DNA of 63,802 nt, filler included, from Bigelowiella natans CCMP2755 (lineage: Eukaryota > Protista > Cercozoa): assembly GCA_000320545.1 (NCBI GenBank). It is 3 parts of 3 records of this genome, joined end to end, with 100 filler letters (N's around TTAATTAATTAA, not from the genome) between each part and the next. Parts side by side here need not be neighbours in the genome. Positions count along the whole stretch, not along the records: positions 1 to 30,335 come from ADNK01003271.1; 2 more parts are not named here. One strand, written 5' to 3'. The position numbers and the translations under genes are program-made. Positions within the stretch are counted from its first letter, which is position 1, and each line of letters starts with the position of its first letter. Shown piece by piece: positions 1 to 11,741 of this stretch. Under the pieces are notes generated by a model, which saw only the letters and a program-made list of their open reading frames with translations, did not search any database and had not been told where the DNA came from.

Positions 1-458
1 CACTCCAACAGAGAAGCACTCCAGGCATAGATCGAAATCCTGTACAACAGATAAATATAGCTATCATCGTATGCATATTACAACTGATGTTGACAATTTT
101 GGAAGTTTAATTTTTCTCCACTGCTTGAGATGTTATGTTTATTGACGAGAAGTTTTGAGCCCCACCTTGCATTCAGCACACCGTATCCTCACAACTCCCG
201 AGATGTCCTGCATTACAAACAGACACAAAAAAAGGAGAGCAGATTGAAGGTGGGGGATACCAATACAAGGTAGTATCCAATGGACGATTACCTTCCTGCA
301 GAACTCGCAAAAATATTGATGTTTCTCGTTGCCTTCTGCCAATGCCCTCGCTTTTGGGTTATAGAAATGACATGTCGGTCTTGGGAGCAATGACAAGAAC
401 AGGATTTTGGCAAACCTCCATCCGCAATCTCCTTTCTCTTTTTGATTTGGTTGCTCAT
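1..458 (-). CDS. ADA2: Transcriptional adaptor ADA2 (SAGA subunit), 5' exons with ZZ zinc finger; runs off the left edge of the window
   Basis: Four GT-AG-joined exons (including 166-207 and 1-39) give MSNQIKKRKEIADGEGNEKHQYFCEFCRK-DISGVVRIRCAECK-DFDLCLECFSVGV, the N-terminal ZZ finger pattern typical of ADA2. Confidence 0.8.
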
Positions 459-679
459 GGTATAGAAGGTTTCTCTTCAGTGGAATGGTTTTTCCAGCTC
501 CTGCTTGTGCTTTCGTTCACCTTTCTTCTTTACTCACGTTACCCCTCCGCCATTTAATGCGGCTATCAAGTAAAGTGTACGTCCGATCAAAAGTTGCCTT
601 TTCCCGTTGCTGTAGACTATTTAGACAAAATTACATCGAACATACATCTACATGATATTAGCACAAAGAAGATGGCATA

Positions 680-1748
680 TTTCAGAATTTCTCTTCGCAA
701 TTCGGTCATCAGTGAATCAAATTGTGTTTTCAGGATCTTGTCTCAATGTGCGTTCATCTTTGACTCGAGCATGAACCCCAGCACAGTCTCTGTGATGATC
801 CATGATCTCTCACACTCAGCAGCTGACTCAGAGTGCCATGGCTCCGGAATGCAAGAACTCACATGCCTCCAGCAAAAATCTTTTCGAGGGTTTTTTTGCA
901 ACCCTGTGTGCACATCATCGCACAAGTTCACACCCCAAGCGCGGGCCTTGCGGTGAAGCTCGCACATCGCAAACTGCGGCGCGGCGCAGCTGTGCCCCAG
1001 CGCGATGTGCGAGAGTTGTGCGATCACGAAGGCATGCAAAAAAATCCACGCACATGCGGCACGAGAGGATGCAATTTCAACCAGCTGCAATGCAACTTGA
1101 TTCAGCGATGGAAAGCCTGCTGGCAATCCAGCAATCGCAGCTGGTCAAACTAGCAAAGCCAGAAAGTGACCTGGCGGTCACAATTTTTCCTGAGCGCTCG
1201 TTTTTGGCCGCGCCACGCGCCGCTGATGATCTGGTGATGGACACGTGATGGCATGCATCACATCAATGCTGAAGTGCAGAGTGTTCAAGCTTTCGGTTGT
1301 GCCAAGCAAGTTCCAGAGTTCCGCAGACGAGTTGCGTGTTGAACAAACAATCGATCAATTTGCAATTCATCACCAAGATCGAACCTTTTGAAAAGTTCAA
1401 ACGCGAATTTCTGGAAAGGGGGCATGCGGCACACTCTGCATGTCCATTTCGTTTGGTGCAAACACTCTCCACACGCGCGCGCAAGAGCAATTGCACTGGT
1501 GCGCATGGCGGTGCAAAGCTTGCATGATCATCGTGCACTTGCCTGGCTTGCATGCTTGCTGTCAACTGCTAGCTAGCTAGCTAGCTAGTCTAGCTAGTGC
1601 TAGAGTGCAACAAGCTAAGTTTGGCATGTGCACATCTCGTCATTTTTTGTCGACCTAAGCACATCACTCGCAAGAAAGTGATGGCTTGTCCAAAAAAAAT
1701 GAGAACCCACTTTCACAGGAAAATTGTCCAAATGAAGCAATGCGCCGA
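680..1748. other. TpA-erased intergenic tract (putatively hypermutated relic DNA)
   Basis: 11 TA in about 1070 bp by eye: 9 in CTAG and 2 in CTAA. CpG is abundant, and the overlapping ORFs are His/Cys-rich with no Tyr. Confidence 0.85.
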
Positions 1749-2203
1749 TTATTGCCCGCACTCGTTCTGCTAGTCTGCCCGCTGCTAGCCCGCCTTGGTG
1801 CATTATCTTTCGATCTATGGAGATCAGCCATTTTTCAATGTAGAACAATTTGAATGATCGTTCAAACATGCAGCTGAAAGTCATGTGTACCGTCTCAGCG
1901 TGCTTCGCCATGATGAAGCTGTGAGCCGCACGTGCGCTACGACTAAACTGCACATTGCGAGCAAGAAACTACAGCTGCTGTGGTGGTGAGTGCACGGTGT
2001 GTGATGACGGATGCGCGGATCGATCATTCCGCCAATTATAGATTGTGCTAAGTGGTGACGATTTAAAGAAAACGGCACAAGCTGAAAGAATTGTGAAGGA
2101 AAGTAACCTCAACATTTTTTATTTTGAATCATCCTCTCAAATGCACATGCTGTGGAAAAAAAGTCAATGAGAATAGAAGACTTGCTTGACTCTTTCATGA
2201 TCG

Positions 2204-2933
2204 CTAATTCTTAGCATTGGAGTCTTTGCAAAGGAGTAGATTGATCCCTTTGCCCTCCTTAGACTTCTTGTACGCAAGGATGACACCACGAAATTCCTCA
2301 AAATCGCTCAGAGACATTAGCATGTCGAAGACGTCTCCCGTGACTTCGTCCGGCCTTTCTCTAACAGTAGTGTTCATCTCATGCAATGACACTACTAATG
2401 ATTGATGTTGAAAACTTACTTAACCATCTTCATGAACTTTTCGGACGAGTAGCCATTAACCTTCTCTTGAAGCTCTTTGTCTATGTACGTCTCAATGAGC
2501 TTTGTCTGAGACATTCACATCACGTTCTGAGCTCTGGTGGCAGTACGTTTGGTTGGGAGCTTTTTACCCATTCGTCGAAGATTCTAGTGTAAGAAAGCTT
2601 ATTTTCTTTTGATTCAGCATCGAATTCATCACAGTTTTTGTCTAAGAAATCGGTTTGAAGCTTGTCAAACTTGGGATCTAATAGACACAAATTTGCAAAC
2701 AATATCAGCGGATGTATGAAATTGAAAAGCATAATAACAACCTAGAAGAATTTCTTGCAAAGCTCCAACAGTATTGTCGAAAAGGATGGTCTCTTCATCT
2801 GTCTCCGTGCTGATTATGTTAAAGATTCAACTCCTCATTTCAAACGGCACGAAGATGCGTGCGAAATTCCTAGGCAGACATGGTTAACTAAGAGAAACCT
2901 CACGCAAAGAATTTCCTCCTTCTCTTCAGCCAT
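2204..2933 (-). CDS. ARL2-binding protein (BART domain), 5 exons
   Basis: Spliced product MAEEKEEILCVSTETDEETILFDNTVGALQEILLDPKFDKLQTDFLDKNCDEFDAESKENKLSYTRIFDEWTKLIETYIDKELQ...DEVTGDVFDMLMSLSDFEEFRGVILAYKK. The ENKLxYT and DFxxF motifs fit the BART family, and intron phases are consistent. Confidence 0.8.
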
Positions 2934-3442
2934 CCTGAATTCCAGTTGGCAAGCTAGAAAGGGATTGGGGTTGGTTGAGTTGTAGTTGTTATTATTACTC
3001 TTTTTATGGGTATTCCGTCCTGCTGTTCCGTTTGTTGGGTTACGTTTCTCATTTCGCGGGTTTATTTTTAAGATTTAAGAATGGACTTTTTTTGTTGCAA
3101 TGCAACAATGCATAAGATTTTGAAGATACGACAAATAAAGAAAAGGTGTCTATTAACTGATTAGTACGGATCTCGCCGTTATGAGATGAGCATCCGAGGT
3201 CGTCGTATCCGATCTTTCTCCAGGCTTTTATGTCTTTTATTTTTAGATGATTTCCCCTATTCATCCATAATGTGATTTTCTAATATATGTATTCTATTGA
3301 TTGTTGGATGCTTCGCTGGTCAATTTTATGTTTTTATCGTAACTAAACCCTGATAATATAGCCAGAATTAAGAAATCAGAACCCATTTTTACCGAGATCG
3401 GTCTTCCTGCCGTTGCACTTTCGGGGGAAAGAAGACAACTGG

Positions 3443-3475
<33 letters not shown>

Positions 3476-3650
3476 TTCATCATTATCCATCATCAAGAGG
3501 GAAGGATTCGGAAAGAACCTCAGAGGGTGGCGCCCGTGGAACTATTTTTATCTTTGCTGGAGTAGTTACTTGTGCGAAGGGTTTAATTAAATGCGAGCTG
3601 TTGTCAGTAAAAGGTGACAGCGAATCGTATCTGAAGAAGCTTCTTCTTCG

Positions 3651-3950
3651 ATGGCAAAGAGGCTCAAAGAGCTCCTCGACGAGGCGAGAAGGTGAGAAAA
3701 AGAAATTACGCTATTACTCTGGTAAATGCTCACTTCTCTGCCATCTATTTTGGCATCATTCCATCTCGATCCCGAGCTCCCGAAACTACTTCATTCTTAT
3801 ACAACTCGCCTAACCATGCTCTTGCCCACCAAACAGTCAAGTGAACTCGCCTGCAACATCATCATCAAATGGAGATCTTATCGGATTTGAAACCCTTTCC
3901 AAGATAGGTTCTCTCAAAAATATAGCCAAGGTACTACTAGCATAGGCTAA

Positions 3951-3981
<31 letters not shown>

Positions 3982-5256
3982 CCTGGAGGACATTACTTAC
4001 ACCTGCTTTTCTACATTATTCTTCAGAGAGATGCGACTGCCCTGACAATTCTGCGCATATTTCTCGACGAACGAGTAAGTAGCCTTGAGAAATGCCACGT
4101 CTGTTAGTGACAACGTTAGCTTCATTTTTAGTGATGCAAGTTGTAATTGCCAAATGATTGTAATCTCAGAAGCGGGATATAGAAGCCAGATCTTTTGTTC
4201 TCAAAAATTTGAAGGTTTCCTAATAATACACAACACTGCATTTTACTAAATGAGCAACATGCTCTGGATGTAGCAGCCTTGCCCTCTTATTCACAAAGAA
4301 ATATTCTCTCTATGAATGTATCTCTGGGTGGATGACAGGTCAATTTTACCGGAATAGTGAAGAGCATGAAGAGGGAGATGGAGCAAGAGAGACTCCAACA
4401 TGCAGCCGCACTTATGTCTCTGAGGTTGTCATCTTAACCAAAATCTACAATATTTTAAGATGGCGAAGATGGCTATGTTCCTTAGCCTCCAAATAACTTT
4501 ATAATGTTAGGAAACAGAACGCGAAGATAAAGGCTACTCAAATCGAGTCTCAATCAGAGAAGAGGCAAGTGGAGGACGCCAATGCAAAGGCAGCGGCAGA
4601 ACCCGCGGCAACTGCCGAATCTTTGAAGAATAAGTTACAAAAGCAGCTAGACGAACAGAAGGAGGCTTACTCTAGCTTGGAGGTAGGTCTCTTTACACAG
4701 TCAGTAGAGATAATATGTTGTTGTGTAGCCGCAAAGATTGTTATCATAATATAATAGCCACAGTATTTCTATTTGGGAAGAAGGAGAAGAAGAAAAGGGG
4801 ATTTGTCTTTTCTTGCTCTGATGTGAGAAAGATCATCATGTTGTTTGCATTCCGATGTGGGGAGGCAAATGGCTTTATGATGCCTCGCGTTTTCTACTAA
4901 TCTAAGTCTGTTTTCTTTTGTTTCTCCTCTTTTTCTTTTTCTCTCTTTCTCTCTCTTACTCTCTTTTTCTCTCAGACGCGTTCGCGCATGGAGCGTCATA
5001 CTGCAGAGTCTAAATTGGTACGAAGAGTAAAAGGAGTGCAGCTCCAAATTACAACTTGTTCACGATCATGCAAACACACGCGCGCGCGCACACACAGTAT
5101 GCGTATTAGCTTGGTAGTAGGGGTGTATTTATTGTGCTCTATCACAGGTTCAAATAGAGAGTCGCTGCCTGAAAGAAACGGAGGAAATGAAGGCGACAAT
5201 AATGTAAAACACTCTCATTCACATCCCATTCTTCCTCTCTCTCGCTTTCGTACTCA

Positions 5257-5305
<49 letters not shown>

Positions 5306-6349
5306 CGTGACAAAATACATTAATCGCATGAATAGGCGTCTTCGAGAGGAAATATCTCGAAATCGGCTGAGCAAACGCTCCTTGGAGCAAGAGGTTACTA
5401 CCCTTTTCTCGCTTTTTCCGTTGCAGATTAACATACAGAATTTTTAAGCAATAATAAGAATTTCTCTTACCTAATGTGACCTCTGTTTACTTCCCAATTC
5501 CTATCCCCCTCTCATTTTCCGTTCATCATACTCTATAATAATAGGTACAGAGGCTGCGTGAGGCTACGGTGCAAGCTAATGCAACAAATGACGAGGAGAT
5601 TCAGGTGAGGACGATAACGAAATAATGAGAGAATAATCATCATCTTCAGTGATAAAACAAGACTAAAAGGCGAGCTACGTACAACGCGTTCTCTTATTAT
5701 AGCATAACAGCTCGTGAAAGGCGAGCTAGGTACAACGCGAGACTTGCTAAAGAAGTCAGAAGAATCTGCTCGAAAAGAGAAGGAAGCTCGAGAAGCGATG
5801 GAAAAGAAGGTGTGGCAAGACTCAAGGGAGTTGTAAACGGACTGCGGCAAAAAGATCTACTTACCAGTGATGATGTGTGTATGTTGTCACCCATGTTAAT
5901 GGATGTATAGTAGTAGCATGTACAAATAATGATATACAAATGATGATAATAATAGGTAGAGGAACTGCAGAACCTCTCTTCCAGTAGCGGCCAGGAATTG
6001 AAAAGAGAGAAGAAACAAGCAAAGCAGTGGTATGCGTTACATATATTATGATTGCCCTAGTTAGATATTTCTTTCGCTGGAAACGGTCTAACTGTGTTGT
6101 CGGATAGTACTTTTGCAAAACAAGAGCAGCAGCAGTAAACAACAACAACAACAATATTACAACTAAGTGTCACTAACAGGGAGGAGCGTGTGCGTTGCGT
6201 GGTTCGGCGACTGAGATCTGGGCTCGCATCGTCTTCATCTTGCGCCAGTAGCAAAGAAATGAATGATAATAGTGGGGAAAGAAGAGACGTTGGTGCTTCG
6301 ACAAATTTAACAAGGTATTTATCACCATTGTTTCTGTCAAAGGAAATAG

Positions 6350-6391
<42 letters not shown>

Positions 6392-7836
6392 GGATTTTTT
6401 ACAGATGTGGTTTGATTTTCATATTTTCGTTTTCATTGACCACGAAGCAGTGTTACTCCTCCTCCTCCTCTTCCAACCGACGAAGGAGTTGGTGCAGAAG
6501 ATCACGATACTATCATTGAAGAGAAGGGGAAACCATCTACTACTAACTACAGAACCACAGAAGGAGAAACAGGAGACAACAGTAACAGCATAATCAATCC
6601 AATTGATGATCTACATGCAGCAGCTGCAGCCTGTTGGGCCGAGATAAGACGTGCTCGAAACGCTGAGAAGGAAATGTTTGAAGCACACGCTGTTGCTGCG
6701 ACTGCAAAAAACGTCCATGTGCAGGAACTGGAAGCAGCTCTCAAAGATGCGAAAGAGGTAATAATGAGTATAATTTCTACTTATCTGTAGTTTTATGTGA
6801 GAGATAGACATTCGAAATTGATCTGGGGGAGAGAAAAAGGAAAGAGGAAAAAGATGATGATGATGAAATGGCGTAAAGAGTGTATAACGATTTTGGTATA
6901 ACGATTTTGGTAGAATAAAAGTCAAATATAAAATTCCACTGAAATACACCCACACTAATGATCAGAGTCTCCGACAAGAAGCTAAGAAACATACCGAGTT
7001 TGAGCGCCAGATGGCAAGAGAAAAGACACATTTGGAGCGGCTCATTTCAAGTGAGAAAACCCGCTTAGAACAGCTTCTATCGAGTGAAAAAACCTGTATG
7101 GAGGATCAGTTACGCAACACGAAGGCCCAACATGAACAAGAGTTGAAATCTTGCAAGGAAACCTTCTCTAAACGAGAAAAGGAAATGGAGGAAGAACTGC
7201 AACGATTAAACAGGGAATTAGAGACTGCGAACGCAGATAGGGTAAGCTATTGAGTATTGACAGACGAGAGTCGAAAAAGAGAAAAGAAATAAGAAGCGGA
7301 ATTTAAACTACCTCTCTACACAAACATAGACAAATATTATTTTCAACACATCCACAACTATTTTTATTTCCCTTCCCCCCGAACCTTCTTCCTTTTTTCT
7401 TCACACAAGCACTCATACGCACATTGACAAACATTACATTTTTAAAAATAGAAGTGCGGGTGTTATTGTGTTTGTTGATAATAAGGATCTGGCTCAGAAG
7501 AAGCAAGGAGATACTGAGAAAGAGTTAGCGGTAGCTAGGGAAAAGACAAAGAAGCTCGAACAATTAGCAGATAAAAGCAAGAGAGAGAGCAAATTAGAGG
7601 CACGACTTGAGGTGGCAAATAAGGAGGTCACCTTTTTTCATTAGCCAGCCTCGCATGATAATAGCATTTTGTGTAGCTATTTAAAATATAAACTGACTTT
7701 ATAATATCTGTCCACTGTTTATGAGTGCGGCCTTTGATCTGTGCCATATATGGTTGCTCTTGCGTTTTTTGTTTTGTATTTTATAGCAAAGGCATTTTTT
7801 ATGTTAAGTAGTAATAAATACGCACACTTACGCGCG

Positions 7837-7935
<99 letters not shown>

Positions 7936-8289
7936 TTGTGTGTGTGCTTGATTAGGTTGAACGAGTACGAAACGACCATGAAACGACTAAAAAACTTCTG
8001 AGTATTTAGTGAAAATTATGCTATAATTTTGTTGAAAAAAAGTGATAAAATAAACATGATGATAATAATAACGATAGTACCTTATTTTTTTATTAATTTT
8101 TGAAATCAATAATAATTCTTGAGCCCAACCATTCATTATTTGGATTCCTTAGATATGAGTCATGAGGCTATTTCACATCTTGAGCGGGAAAAAGCAAGGG
8201 AAATCGCAAAAATCAGAGAGGAAAATCAATACGTACTTGCTTCTGCATCCTCTCTTGTGCGCGTGATTGTACTTTGATGTTTTTTGCGT

Positions 8290-8328
<39 letters not shown>

Positions 8329-8747
8329 AAGAAGTATTCTATTCTTACCATGATATGATTCAAGATAACTATCGGAAACAAAAGTAAACACTCGTATTTT
8401 TCATGCATTTAAAAGTATTTTTCCTCAAGATAATCAAAATTTTCTCTGTTATTGTGTAACATACTCTATTTAGTCTGGCAGCAATAATCACGTAGATGAC
8501 GAAAGGGTTTGTGATATATTGATATTAACGAAATGGGAAAAAATCTCTTTACAGATGTGACATGTACCAGCTGAATGAATGATGATGAGAGAGAGTAATG
8601 TATTAATAGCTATATTTTTACTGTGTTCATGTGTAGGTTAAGAAGCTTCGGGAGCAGATGATGAATGTGAGAAGGCGCATGGCTTTAAGTTTAAAGTAAG
8701 AATAATACCACGGATACCATAATTCAGACAACGATACCAATGTAGAC

Positions 8748-8839
<92 letters not shown>

Positions 8840-10217
8840 TGTGTGTGTGTACATATAAGAAAGAGAGAGAGAATTAGAGGAAGTGGAAAGAAGATATAGA
8901 CCACTAGTACTCTATGCTTCTATCCTAATTTTATAAAAGATATATGTATACGAACAGTATTGAAGCTGTAGATACTAATACTAATACAATCATGATGTAT
9001 TTTCCTCAAAATATTTCCCATCATCCTCATCATCAATTAATATTTTGTTAAGGGAGGCCCATGAGCAACACAGTCGTGAAATCAAGGTTGTATTTTTTAA
9101 CAGTATCATCTATTTTTGCTTAGCATCAAATAGATGAATATCTGATATTCATATGAAATTATTTAAGTTCTACCACCTTTGTCCAAAAAGATTTGAAAAA
9201 AAAATTATAAAATTAACCATCCATTATAAGTACAAATTATAGTTTATACCTAGTTGAACACTTACCGCCAAAAGTAATGGTCTATCTACCCCTTTACTTT
9301 CGTACCTCACAGGAACTTAAGGCCCTTCATGATAATCTATCCGAGGATAATAGCAAAATGAAGAAAGAATGTATATGTACTAATGGCAGCACTATCGTAT
9401 AAATATGCTTGCTTCAATAAATTTAATATATGCTATTGTTACCATTTTTGTCTGTTTGAAGTACACTACCTTGAAATCTTACAGGTGGATCACTTCGAGA
9501 AGAAAATGAGCAATTGTCTCTCGCATTGAAGACTTCAAACTCAGAACTAGTAACTGCTCTCCAAAGGTTCTTCATTAATAGAAATTATCGTAGTTCGTGT
9601 AGCGTATCTTGTGCATATTCGGGATAACATTTTTGTTTTGATGATATCATCAAGGGGGAGAAAAATGGTAGAGTTTTCGAAACAAAATCGAACGAGTACA
9701 ACTAACAAGATGGACACGATGGAGCAGAAAGTTCACGAAATCAATAAGGTATTGCATGTAATTCATATCTTTCTGGAGAATACCTCTTCTTATTTATATT
9801 CTACTTTAATAGTATTATTTTCGCTTCTATATTATTATCATCATCATCATCATCATATATATTTCTTTGTGATTTCTGCAAATAATTTTCTGTAGTAAAT
9901 ACTTCACATTAGATTTTTTCTTCCAAAAATATTTATACTGTACAGGAGTACGAAGCAATGCACTTACGTATGTCGAATATGGCCTCCCTCAAAGAACGCT
10001 TGGCAAATACAAACGTAAATTACATGCTACTTTTGAAATAAACATTCATGAATCTATATAATTATTTAAGATGACTATAAAATGATCAAAAAGTCAATAA
10101 ATATAAGTCTATTTTTAAATTTTGATTTTTTAATACCGAAGGCCGAGCTGAAAAAGATGACCAAAAAGGTGTGTTTTCCTAGTAAGAATATATGATTAAT
10201 TATGAAATTTCTCAACA

Positions 10218-10252
<35 letters not shown>

Positions 10253-10647
10253 TTGATGTGAGTTCATGTCATACTGATAAACTTTTTTTAAGGTTCAAAT
10301 CATGAAACCCGCTATCAAAGAATCACTAGAAATCATCCCGAAGGTAAAGTATCATTTCCACCAACGCATCATATCATTTTATTTTATATTCATATGGTGC
10401 GCCTCCATAGAGGTGTAATTTTGAATTTGTTCTCGCAACTATACTTCTACTAGAATCAGTAGAATAACAAAGATGATGGTATTTGAAGAAATATAGTACA
10501 TTATCTAGAACATTGTTGCTTTGTTGGATTTTAAAAAAATGTGCTGTTTGCCCAAAGGTATTACGACACATTGCAAGCGGAAGCGACGGCCCCGCACGTG
10601 CTGGTGTAAATTCTATGAGAAAGATTCTAACAAAAATTCCTAATTAG
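3651..10647 (+). CDS. Long multi-exon coiled-coil protein of unknown function
   Basis: ATG at 3651 (MAKRLKELLDEAR) followed by a GT donor. Many E/K/L/Q-rich exons (e.g. 4569-4683 and 7011-7241 MAREKTHLERLISSEKTRLEQLL). Last exons VQIMKPAIKESLEIIPK and VLRHIASG...KIPN with stop at 10647. Confidence 0.65.
7831..7935. repeat. Compound microsatellite (CG)3(CA)n(TA)n(TG)n in an intron
   Basis: Directly visible; the arrangement is self-complementary. Confidence 0.9.
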
Positions 10648-10861
10648 AAAAGAGCAACTTTGTTAGATCAATATAGATAGTGCTGCACTGTTTCAATTTA
10701 AATACTTTATCATGCACATGTTGCGATGTGTAGACGCGACATGCGTGTGTGTGACATAGCTCACACACAGATGCATGTGAACATGTGCGCTCATAGTCTC
10801 AAAAGGCACACGCATATTTCTCAAATCCATGGTCTCCAGAAACCCCGCACGTGAAAAAATA

Positions 10862-11741
10862 TGATTGAAATCCAAACCATTCGTCATCAATGAAGCATTT
10901 GCGACATTGTGATCGATGGTGATGCACTGACCTGAACCGAATCGCAGGAAAGTGTCACGATTTTGAGCGACAATTGTCAACCAAGTTGTCAAATTGGACG
11001 AGATTGTTCTTGCGTTTTGTTGTGCACCAAGAATGGTTTTCACAGCCTTCACTTTTCCAAAGTGAAAAATGGAGTGGACGACGCTTCCATGCGCGCGCAG
11101 CGCAAGTCCTTCAATCGACACATTGGAAAAGCTCATGAAAGACGTGGTGGTTGCGTGCATGCTGAGTGCGATCGGAGCAATTTTGATGTGCATGTGCGCA
11201 TGCCACAAAGTTTTGGCGCAGCTGAGTGCAACGCGCTGCTGCGCTGCAAACAGCGAGACAAGCTGCCGCCAGGTGCGTGCAAACTCCTTTGATTTGGTCA
11301 ATCACCCCCAGACCCCTGGACCCGACGATGCAAGTGCGGTGCACGAGTTCGGTTCACTCTGGCACTGGTTCAGGCGGCCGTGGTGTGGCGACTTTCTGGC
11401 CCACCTTGCGAAAGTGATGAGTGAACGAGTGAACAACAGAAGCGCTTGGAAGGGTCGTGGGTCACGCTGGCTCGCAGATGACCTCCCCAAGCAACACAGG
11501 TCTTCTGCGAAAGTTGAGTGTTCGTTTCACATCAATCCACCTCACGCGCAACGGCATGGCGGTCCATCCGAAACTCACTGCGGCAGGCAATGAAACAATG
11601 AAACAACAATGATGATGAACTGATCTTGCAAGACGTTTGCAGTGTGCACGCAGTGCCTCGAACACAGGCAGTGGGAAAACATGAGAGAGGGTTCTCCGTC
11701 CAAAATTGCAACCAAGAATGCCGTTCTGAAAAAACACATTC
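10862..11741. other. TpA-free intergenic tract (putatively hypermutated relic DNA)
   Basis: No TA dinucleotide in 880 bp on line-by-line reading. CpG is retained, and a dense stack of Tyr-free ORFs lies on both strands. Confidence 0.85.

Noticed and set aside
680-1748. CpG-methylation decay or classical RIP as the cause of TG/CA enrichment
   Set aside because: CpG is abundant and TpA is absent, the opposite of both processes.
594-1953. Dense stack of overlapping ORFs on both strands as real genes
   Set aside because: TAA/TAG stops cannot occur without TpA, so long His/Cys-rich, Tyr-poor ORFs are a by-product of the composition. No domain was recognised.
3049-3264. Short minus-strand ORF in the divergent intergenic region
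   Set aside because: No recognisable motif or convincing splice partners.
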